Of a stretch of DNA of 64,000 nt, positions 16,136 to 23,357 are shown piece by piece. Source of the stretch: Candidatus Micrarchaeota archaeon. Lineage in GTDB: Archaea > Micrarchaeota > Micrarchaeia > Micrarchaeales > CABMGC01. Position 1 is the first letter of the stretch. Every line of letters begins with the position of its first letter. The position numbers were made by a program, and so were the translations under genes. The stretch is taken from positions 3,589 to 67,588 of the forward strand of contig JAKAWC010000002.1 in NCBI GenBank assembly GCA_021817125.1, given 5' to 3'. The notes beneath the pieces were generated by a model, which saw nothing but the letters and a program-made list of their open reading frames with translations, did not search any database and was not told the DNA's origin.

Positions 16136-17346
16136 TGCTTTAGGAACTCCGCCATCGCCACCGTGGCGTAAGAGCCAGACGGCAGCGAGAACTCCATCCG
16201 CAAGCCGTTCCCGTCCTGCGCGTGCGAGAACGCGCCGAGAGGCGCGAAAAAGACGCGCTTTGCACCTTTGCAGTTGAGTTCCGGCATCGATCTGACTCTG
16301 AAATCTTCCTTTGTAAGCCCGAGTCCCCCAAGGATCTCCTGTTCGGCGTCGTTCGGTTCCATCTCGTAGCCGACTATGTTCCCGACCACGAATCCTCCCC
16401 CTCCATCAAACGCCCGTGCCGTAGCCAGGTCCGGGAATCCCGCCCTGCCTGCAGAGCACACTATGTCGCCGGGCTTCGGCGCCACCTCTCCGGCACCGAC
16501 CCTCGCCTCTACCTCTTTGTTGAAGATGTAAGCGTCGACAGCGTGGACGAACATCAGCGTGAGCGACCTCGGAAGCCTCCTTATCGCCTTGGCAGGGTCT
16601 GTCGGCTCTGAGGCCAGCGACTGCAGCATCATCCTCTCGTACTTCAGATAACGCGGGAAGTACTCGAGCGCATTCGCATAGTCCTGCTCCTCCGCGAGCC
16701 TCTTCCTCGCCTCTTGTGCATCGGCAGAGGTCTCGTTCGTCGTATCCTCAAGGAACTTCGAGACCGCGCCCCGGAAGTCCCCTCTCAGTATATCCACGCC
16801 TATCGCAGCGTTGTTGCCGCGTATGCCGAACCTCTGCTCCCCGAAGTAGTTCGGGAAGACGCCGTTCAGCTCCTCAAGTATGCCGTCAATGCTCTCCTCT
16901 CCCCTCGCGTCCGACACCCTAATCACGAACCTGTTGCCAAGGAGATCGCCAAGCTCTACGCCGGTCTTGGACTGCCAGGCGCCGTTCACCGAGATATCCT
17001 TCAGGTGCAGGCCGGCGAACTGCTCCGTCTTGACGCCGAACATGCTGCAAAGCTGCGTCGATACGGCGGTCCTGTCCTTCGTTCCCGCATATCCTGCCGA
17101 CTTTATGCCCCTGTGGAGCCTCTTCGCGATGGTCATGAGCGCCTGGGAGGTGTTCCAGTCCCTCTTCTGCAGGACAAAAGTGACGAACCTCCCCTCCCCA
17201 TCCTCCAGCATGGAGAGATCGGCAGGTGTGTAAGCCCTACCGGTCTCCAGGCAGGTCCCATTCTGGGTTATCTCCATCACAACGAAGTCTTCGGGCTCAC
17301 CCTTTATGCTTCCCTCTAGACCATTTTTCCTCGACAAAGTGAGCAA
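16132..17346 (-). CDS. truD: tRNA pseudouridine(13) synthase TruD/Pus7 family
   Basis: PEDFVVMEI, GYAGTKDRTAVSTQ (catalytic Asp motif) and NYFGEQRFG. TTG start at 17346. Confidence 0.9.
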   Translation of the reverse strand: MLTLSRKNGLEGSIKGEPEDFVVMEITQNGTCLETGRAYTPADLSMLEDGEGRFVTFVLQKRDWNTSQALMTIAKRLHRGIKSAGYAGTKDRTAVSTQLCSMFGVKTEQFAGLHLKDISVNGAWQSKTGVELGDLLGNRFVIRVSDARGEESIDGILEELNGVFPNYFGEQRFGIRGNNAAIGVDILRGDFRGAVSKFLEDTTNETSADAQEARKRLAEEQDYANALEYFPRYLKYERMMLQSLASEPTDPAKAIRRLPRSLTLMFVHAVDAYIFNKEVEARVGAGEVAPKPGDIVCSAGRAGFPDLATARAFDGGGGFVVGNIVGYEMEPNDAEQEILGGLGLTKEDFRVRSMPELNCKGAKRVFFAPLGAFSHAQDGNGLRMEFSLPSGSYATVAMAEFLKH

Positions 17347-17433
17347 GAAACCACGCTTATAAGCCTTTCTTTCCTAATACTATCTTATCATAAAATCATT
17401 ATATAAACTAGCGTACGGTACGCAAGTGATGCT

Positions 17434-18264
17434 TTGAAGGAGGAACATTTAGTGGACAAGGTGCTTCACAAGCTGGTCAAGAAGCACATAGCGGGAACCA
17501 ACATGAGCTCAGCGATAGAGAAGGCGAAGGAGCTCAACGGCAAGGGCGTGCCAGTCTCGCTTACCTTCCTTAGCGATGTCCCGCGGGACAGGTCAAAGGC
17601 GAAGTACATAACTTCGACCTATCTCGAGCTCATCCGCCAGGCGGCGAGGCTGCACCTCAAGGCGAGCGTCCAGGTTCCGCTCGAGCAGATAGGCAGCACG
17701 ATAGCCAGGGACGCCGTGCTTGCAAACATGAAGGATATAGTCGCAGCCGGCAACAGGTACGGCATCTTCCTCTGGTTCGAGGCGGACGAGGGAAACATGG
17801 ATATCGCAGAGGAGCTCGGTCCTGCAAGGGGATGCGGCATCTCCGCCGACATCAGCACAGCGAAAGCGTATGTCAAGAGACACAAGAGGGTCAACATGAT
17901 AAAGGTCAGGTGCGGCAAGCCGCACGCGGAGAAGGCCGGCAAGAAGAGTCCCGACGAGATCGGCGAGATCGAGGAGATAGCCAAGCGCTCGGGGAGCACG
18001 ATGCTTACCCATATGCACGACGGCGTCCCGAACGCGTTCCTGAAGAACGGCTCGAAATACAGAAAATCTTTAATCTTTGAGTTTCAATTAGGATACAGCG
18101 GCAAGAAGATGTCCAGGATCACGAAGCGCGGCGGCAGACTGAGCGTCTGTGTGCCTTTCGGCAAGGACTGGGCGAGATACGCCATGAACACCGTTCCAGA
18201 AGGATACATCAGGTTCCTCGCATCCAACCTGCTCAATGAGGCAGACAGCAACACAAGTGTTTGA
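17434..18264 (+). CDS. proline dehydrogenase (PutA-type TIM barrel) family protein
   Basis: KKHIAG..A...AKELN.KG..VSLTFL near the N-terminus and CVPFGKDWARYAMNTVPEGY near the C-terminus, as in short archaeal/bacterial proline dehydrogenases. TTG start; GTG 17452 is an alternative. Confidence 0.5.
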   Translation: MKEEHLVDKVLHKLVKKHIAGTNMSSAIEKAKELNGKGVPVSLTFLSDVPRDRSKAKYITSTYLELIRQAARLHLKASVQVPLEQIGSTIARDAVLANMKDIVAAGNRYGIFLWFEADEGNMDIAEELGPARGCGISADISTAKAYVKRHKRVNMIKVRCGKPHAEKAGKKSPDEIGEIEEIAKRSGSTMLTHMHDGVPNAFLKNGSKYRKSLIFEFQLGYSGKKMSRITKRGGRLSVCVPFGKDWARYAMNTVPEGYIRFLASNLLNEADSNTSV

Positions 18265-18265
18265 A

Positions 18266-19390
18266 ATGGCAAAGCAACCCCTGAAGGCAAAAGTGCGCGC
18301 GGACCAGCCAGAGGGGCGCCCCAAGCAGGTGAAGAGACAGGCGAGCATAGTCAACGATGACCCGCCTGCCGACCCTCCGGAAGGGATAGACATGAAGGCG
18401 ATAACCGACGACATCAAGGACACTCGAGAGACCGTTCTGGTTTCGGGAAGCAACGGGAGGCTGGGGAAGGAAGTCATAAGGATGTTGCTCAAGAAAGGCG
18501 ACGTCGTCAGGGCTCTCGTCAAGAAGAGGGAGTACATAGTCGACCTTCCCGCAGGCGTCATACCCTACATCGGCGACCTGAACGACGAAAATGTGCTCGA
18601 CCAGGCGTGCGACGGCGTTCGCACCGTCATGCACTTTGCTGCGATCGTAAGCGAATACAGGGCCACTACGGAAGAGCTTCTGCGGGTCAATGTCGACGGT
18701 ACAAGGAACCTGTTAGAGGCGTCCGAGAAAGCAAAGGTAGACCACTTCATCTATCCCAGCACCGTGGATGTATATGGCAAGCGCAGGAAGGAGATCCTCA
18801 CCGAAGAGTCTGAGCTGCGGCCCACGGACAAGTATGGTCACAGCAAGATGCTCGCAGAGTATGTGCTCGAGCACTACAAGGCATCAGTGCCATACACCAT
18901 ATTCAGGATGGCGAACCTGTACGGTCCGGGTTTTGAGGGGCCGTTCTTCAAGATACTCAGGGCGATAAAAGAGCAGAAGGCGTACCTCATAGGTAGCGGG
19001 CAGAACAGCATGCCCCTGCTCCACGTCTACGATGCGATGCGCGCATTCATCCTCGCCAAGAACAACTCGGCAAGCAAGGGCAAGACGTACAACCTTACCG
19101 ATGGCATCAACTACACGCAGGAACAGCTGTTCGCGAAGGCGGCGGAACTGCTCCACGTGCCCGCACCATCGCAGCATATAAGCGAGATAATAGTCAAGGT
19201 CATGGCCAAGAAGCGCGGGCTCGACAGCGATGAGCTGCGTTTCCTGACGAGCGACAGGAGGGTGGACATCTCCAAGGTGAAGAACGAGCTTGGGTTCTCC
19301 GCCATGGTGACTCTGGACGAGGGTGGCGGCGAGCTCGTTGACAAGTTCCTGGGCAGGATGCAGAAGGCGCCGCCCAGCCTGCAGATTTGA
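18266..19390 (+). CDS. NAD-dependent epimerase/dehydratase (extended SDR) with a ~60-aa basic/Pro-rich N-terminal extension
   Basis: VLVSGSNGRLGKEV (Rossmann GxxGxxG) and YGHSKMLAE (YxxxK). The ATG at 18266 lies 1 nt after the upstream TGA. Confidence 0.75.
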   Translation: MAKQPLKAKVRADQPEGRPKQVKRQASIVNDDPPADPPEGIDMKAITDDIKDTRETVLVSGSNGRLGKEVIRMLLKKGDVVRALVKKREYIVDLPAGVIPYIGDLNDENVLDQACDGVRTVMHFAAIVSEYRATTEELLRVNVDGTRNLLEASEKAKVDHFIYPSTVDVYGKRRKEILTEESELRPTDKYGHSKMLAEYVLEHYKASVPYTIFRMANLYGPGFEGPFFKILRAIKEQKAYLIGSGQNSMPLLHVYDAMRAFILAKNNSASKGKTYNLTDGINYTQEQLFAKAAELLHVPAPSQHISEIIVKVMAKKRGLDSDELRFLTSDRRVDISKVKNELGFSAMVTLDEGGGELVDKFLGRMQKAPPSLQI

Positions 19391-19400
19391 GACTGATACT

Positions 19401-20198
19401 ATGCCAATAAAAATTGGAAAGACCGAGAAGTACATTTACGAGATGCTCGAGAAGCAGGGAGCCCTGCTCTTCTGCTCGATAGACCCGCTGGACTACAAGA
19501 ACGAGGAGGATGCGGTGAAGACCGCCAAGGCGGTCAACGAGGGCGGTGCAGACATAATATTCATCGGCGGAAGCACAGGCGCGCAGGGAGAGCTGCTGGA
19601 CAGCGTCGCCACAAAGATAAAGGAGGTCATCGACGTTCCGCTCGTGCTCTTCCCCGGCAACCTCGCCACCATAACCAGACACGCCGACGCCATGCTCTTC
19701 ATGTCCCTGCTCAACGCAAGGAATCCGTATTACGTGATCCAGGCCCAGATGCTCGCAGCGCCGACGCTAAAGATGCACGGCATAGAGCCGATACCCGTGG
19801 GGTACGTGCTTGTGCAGCCTGGTGGCACTGCAGGGTGGGTCGGCGACGCCAACATGGTGCCGAGAGAGAAGCCTAAGATCGCCGCAGCTCTCGCACTGGC
19901 TGGACAGTACCTGGGCAACAGGTTCATCTACACCGATGCCGGCTCGAATCCAAGGCTGCAGGGTTTTGGCCCAATACCAAAAGAGATGATCCAGATGGTA
20001 AGGCATGCTATAGACATCCCGTACATAGTCGGCGGCGGGATAATATCACCGGAGGAGTTGAGGACGGCTTATGCCTCCGGCGCAGACATAGTGAAGATAG
20101 GCACCGCGTTCCAGAACTCCCCCGACGCCGCGAAGAAGGCAGCAGCTCTCTTCAAGAAGACGACAATCGAAGAGGGCAGAAAGAAGCTGAAGCGCTGA
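19401..20198 (+). CDS. geranylgeranylglyceryl phosphate synthase (PcrB/GGGPS family)
   Basis: IDPLDY...GGADIIFIGGS, LVLFPGN, PVGYVLVQPGG, FIYTDAGS and IVGGGI match the conserved GGGPS TIM-barrel pattern. Confidence 0.85.
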   Translation: MPIKIGKTEKYIYEMLEKQGALLFCSIDPLDYKNEEDAVKTAKAVNEGGADIIFIGGSTGAQGELLDSVATKIKEVIDVPLVLFPGNLATITRHADAMLFMSLLNARNPYYVIQAQMLAAPTLKMHGIEPIPVGYVLVQPGGTAGWVGDANMVPREKPKIAAALALAGQYLGNRFIYTDAGSNPRLQGFGPIPKEMIQMVRHAIDIPYIVGGGIISPEELRTAYASGADIVKIGTAFQNSPDAAKKAAALFKKTTIEEGRKKLKR

Positions 20199-21316
20199 TG
20201 CGGATGCGGGAGATTGCATCCATCGAGATACACGCGCTCGTGCGGGAGCTCGCCCCCCTCGAGGGAAGTTTCTTCAGGAAATTCTATGACCTGGGCGACG
20301 GCGCCTTCAAGTTCACGCTCTCGAAGGAGAGGAAGAACCGCATCCTGTACATAAACCTGCTCCGGGCGTTCAACGAGACCGAGTTCAGCGAAGAGGCCGA
20401 GAGCGCAACCCAGTTCGCAATAGCCGTGAGGAAGAGATTGGACGGCACGAGACTGAAGTCGATAACCCAGCGCGGCTCTGACCGAATAATCGTGATGGAG
20501 TTTGAGGGGAAGCAGGTGTACAAGCTTATCTTTGAGATGTTCGGCAAGGGCAACCTGGTGGTGGTCAACGGCACGGGCAAGATCGAACTGGTCTACTCGC
20601 CAGTCAGACAGAAGGACAGGGACGTGCTGCCGAATAGGGAGTACAAGTTCCCCGAGAGCGGAGGAATCCCGTTCGACGAAGCCGGAGACAAGCTTGACGA
20701 CATCCTAGAAAAGGCAGGAGCTAGCGACGCGAGGATAATCACCGAGCTCTCAGGTCAGATCAACCTCGGACCGATGTATCTGGAAGACGTCCTGTTGACT
20801 GCAGGGATAAACCCCAAGGAAAAAGCCAGTGCCACGACCGGGTCTCACAGAAAGCTCCGGGAGGCTCTGCTCTCGTTCCTCAGGGAGACTGAGAATCCGC
20901 GCCCGGCGATCTACACGAGGGGCGGAGAGAGTGTCGACTACTCCCTAGTCCCGCTCAAGAAATATGCGGATCTGGAGAGGATCGAGTACGCATCGCTCGG
21001 CGCGCTGCTGGACACTTTATACCTGTCTGAGCGCAGCAAGGTAAGGGACGACAGGAAGGGCGAGGAGCTCAAGGAGGCGCGTTCAAACGTCGAGAAGCAG
21101 ATAGAGGCGGCGAAACGCCTCAAGGTGGAGTCAGAGGAGAGCGCGAAGGAGGCGCACCTCATGCTCATGAAGATGAAGGAGATAAACGAGATAATTGCGT
21201 ACATGCGCGCCAACAGGAGAGCCACGGCAGAGGAGCTGCAGGGCGCTTTTAAGAACGTAAAGATCAAGAATATAGACCTGAAGAACAAGACAGTCACGAT
21301 AGAGATAGGGGAATAA
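20198..21316 (+). CDS. NFACT-N domain protein (FbpA/Rqc2-NEMF-like), short form
   Basis: EIHALVRELAPLEGSFFRKFYDLGDGAFKFTL...ILYINL...FEMFGKGNLVVVN is typical of NFACT-N. The C-terminal third is coiled-coil, and no NFACT-R segment is recognised. The ATG overlaps the upstream TGA by 1 nt. Confidence 0.65.
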   Translation: MRMREIASIEIHALVRELAPLEGSFFRKFYDLGDGAFKFTLSKERKNRILYINLLRAFNETEFSEEAESATQFAIAVRKRLDGTRLKSITQRGSDRIIVMEFEGKQVYKLIFEMFGKGNLVVVNGTGKIELVYSPVRQKDRDVLPNREYKFPESGGIPFDEAGDKLDDILEKAGASDARIITELSGQINLGPMYLEDVLLTAGINPKEKASATTGSHRKLREALLSFLRETENPRPAIYTRGGESVDYSLVPLKKYADLERIEYASLGALLDTLYLSERSKVRDDRKGEELKEARSNVEKQIEAAKRLKVESEESAKEAHLMLMKMKEINEIIAYMRANRRATAEELQGAFKNVKIKNIDLKNKTVTIEIGE

Positions 21317-21317
21317 G

Positions 21318-22211
21318 ATGATACGGGTCACGCTTCTTGGGACTTCCGGCTCGCTTCCTACGGTCACGAGGCAGATGCCTGCCGTCGCCCTGGTGCACGA
21401 GGGCGACACGTTCCTGTTCGACTGCGGCGAGGGTACACAGTCTCAGATGCTGAAGTACGGGGTCAACATCTTCAGGATAAGGGCGATATTCCTGAGCCAC
21501 GTCCACGGCGACCACATAATAGGCATAGCTGGGCTTGTGAGGACGCTCGCGCTGCAGGGAAGGAAGGAGCCGCTCCGGATATTCATCCCGCAGGGCGGGG
21601 AGGGCATTGTCAGGAGCCTGATAGTATTCGACAGGGCGATAATAAACTACCCGATTGAGATAAAGGGGGTCCGCCCCGGGGAGGTATACAAGGGCAAGGA
21701 CTTCACAGTCAGCGCTTTCAGGCTGGAGCACACCGCACCAACGCTCGGGTTCGTCTTCAAGGAGAACGACAGGAGAAGGTTCATGACGGACAAGGCGAAG
21801 GCCCTCGGGCTGAGGGGCACGATGTTCTCGGAGCTGCAGAAGAAGGGCAGGCTGAGGGTGAAGGGCAGGATCGTGACACTTTCCAGCATAACCACGCTGC
21901 AGACTGGCAAGAAGGTGGCATACGCAACCGACACCCGGCCCACGAAGGAGACCATAGCGGCGGCAAGGGGTGCTGACCTGCTCATCCACGAGGCAGCGTA
22001 CAGCGACAGGGAGGCCGAACTCGCAAAGCAGAGGAAGCACTCCACGTCGAGGGAGGCAGCGCAGGTGGCGAAGAAGGCAAAGGCAGTCCAGCTGATCCTT
22101 ACGCACATAAGCGCAAGGCACAAGACCGCAGCGCAGCTCCTGAAAGAGGCGCGGGAGGCGTTCAAGAACGTCCTCGCCCCGGACGACGGCTTCACCATAG
22201 AGATTAGATAA
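21318..22211 (+). CDS. rnz: ribonuclease Z (tRNA 3' endonuclease, metallo-beta-lactamase fold)
   Basis: LLGTSGSLPT, FLFDCGEGTQ, LSHVHGDHIIG (HxHxDH) and ILTHISARH. Confidence 0.9.
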   Translation: MIRVTLLGTSGSLPTVTRQMPAVALVHEGDTFLFDCGEGTQSQMLKYGVNIFRIRAIFLSHVHGDHIIGIAGLVRTLALQGRKEPLRIFIPQGGEGIVRSLIVFDRAIINYPIEIKGVRPGEVYKGKDFTVSAFRLEHTAPTLGFVFKENDRRRFMTDKAKALGLRGTMFSELQKKGRLRVKGRIVTLSSITTLQTGKKVAYATDTRPTKETIAAARGADLLIHEAAYSDREAELAKQRKHSTSREAAQVAKKAKAVQLILTHISARHKTAAQLLKEAREAFKNVLAPDDGFTIEIR

Positions 22212-22244
22212 TCATTTAAAGGCAAACGATAAATAAAAGATGTC

Positions 22245-22315
22245 GGGGGTATCGTCTAGTGGTAGGACGACAGATTGACATTCTGTAAGCAGGAGTTCGA
22301 TTCTCCTTACCCCCA
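22245..22315 (+). tRNA. tRNA-Val (anticodon GAC)
   Basis: Folded by hand. Acceptor GGGGGTA/TACCCCC with discriminator A. Anticodon arm ACAGA-TTGACAT-TCTGT. T-arm AGGAG-TTCGATT-CTCCT. 4-nt variable loop. The ends are accurate to +/-1-2 nt. Confidence 0.85.
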
Positions 22316-22434
22316 TCCGATGATAAATCGACGACAGAATTTAGGCAGATGTCTGAAGCCAATCTTTGTCTACCTAAAAGTCTAGGCCTACAGTTCGGTC
22401 TCGCATGAGAGATGATATAAACAAGTGATACCAA

Positions 22435-22611
22435 ATGAAATCGACAAATATGGGTAAATACGACAAGGAGTTTTTGGACTACATGGAGAAAAGATACGGA
22501 ATAACTCTTGCAAAAGCGACAAAAGGAAGGGAAGTAGAGATAATAACTTTCGCCATCGCCTGGAATGTCTGGAAGCAATCCAAGAAGATCTACTCTCGCC
22601 GCAAGCAGTAA
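22435..22611 (+). CDS. hypothetical 58-aa protein next to tRNA-Val
   Basis: Hand translation: MKSTNMGKYDKEFLDYMEKRYGITLAKATKGREVEIITFAIAWNVWKQSKKIYSRRKQ. The stretch is AT-richer. The antisense track ORFs here look non-coding. Confidence 0.3.
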   Translation: MKSTNMGKYDKEFLDYMEKRYGITLAKATKGREVEIITFAIAWNVWKQSKKIYSRRKQ

Positions 22612-22637
22612 AAGTTGCCCTCCGGCCCCGGCGGACG

Positions 22638-22907
22638 TCAATAACGCTTCTGCGGGGCAAGCTCAACGCGCCTTGCCTCGTTGTGCGGCGCCTCGCGGGC
22701 TGTGCTAAGTCTGGAAAGGGGAAGCCGGAGCGTTCCGGAATGCTCTGTCTTTACGACAGCGCTCTTCGTGCTCAAGGACACCCCCAAGACCCTGCCACGC
22801 TTCGCCTCCTTCGTGCCACTGTCTATCGCTACCTCGTCGCCGACCTTGAACGGAAGCGGAGCTGACTCAAAGAGCGCCTGGTTAATCTGGCGGTGTTGGT
22901 ATGGCAT
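22638..22907 (-). CDS. hypothetical 89-aa protein with a KOW/SH3-like segment
   Basis: FKVGDEVAIDSGTKEAKRGRVLGV resembles a KOW-type beta-hairpin. It lies directly downstream of tRNA-Ala on the same strand. Confidence 0.35.
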   Translation of the reverse strand: MPYQHRQINQALFESAPLPFKVGDEVAIDSGTKEAKRGRVLGVSLSTKSAVVKTEHSGTLRLPLSRLSTAREAPHNEARRVELAPQKRY

Positions 22908-22988
22908 AGCATCACTAGATGAGACATCTTCTTCTTCCCTTAGCTATACTTTGTGGATGGCTAATGCACGCCACGCGATAGGGGTGAG

Positions 22989-23060
22989 TGGACTCGGCGG
23001 GGATCGCACCCGCGACCTTCCGCTTGCAAAGCGGACGCTCTACTACTGAGCCACGAGCCC
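22989..23060 (-). tRNA. tRNA-Ala (anticodon UGC)
   Basis: The reverse complement reads GGGCTCG...TCCGC-TTTGCAA-GCGGA...GCGGG-TGCGATC-CCCGC-CGAGTCC-A. It includes the G3:U70 pair, the alanine identity element. Confidence 0.9.
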
Positions 23061-23195
23061 AAGGTGTAGGATTATCCCCAACAATGCCTATTAAGTTTTC
23101 TGTTGGTGTTTGTTGTAAGCCCGTATAACGGGGCTGCCCGAACGCTTTAAATACTCTTCTAAAGTATTGTAAGTGCTTCTGACAACGGTGATACT

Positions 23196-23303
23196 ATGGC
23201 AAAGAAACCATCAAATGAAGACGAAGAAGACGATGACTTGGACGACGATGAAGAGATGGACGAAGAGGAAGACACGGAAGAAGACTTCGATGACGAGGAA
23301 TAA
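23196..23303 (+). CDS. 35-aa poly-acidic micro-protein
   Basis: Hand translation: MAKKPSNEDEEDDDLDDDEEMDEEEDTEEDFDDEE, with 24 of 35 residues D/E. A TATA-like ctttaaatac lies ~50 nt upstream and a T-rich tract follows directly after the TAA. Confidence 0.35.
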   Translation: MAKKPSNEDEEDDDLDDDEEMDEEEDTEEDFDDEE

Positions 23304-23357
23304 GTTCTCTCTTTTATTTATTTTTTAATCTCAAGATCCTGGATTCTGTTTCTGTAG

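Noticed and set aside
21294-22225. 275-aa and 192-aa minus-strand ORFs
   Set aside because: Both are antisense to the well-supported RNase Z gene and have Arg/Pro/Leu- or Ser/Ala-rich shadow composition.
22681-23049. 122-aa plus-strand ORF
   Set aside because: It runs antisense through the 89-aa ORF and into tRNA-Ala, and no motif supports it.
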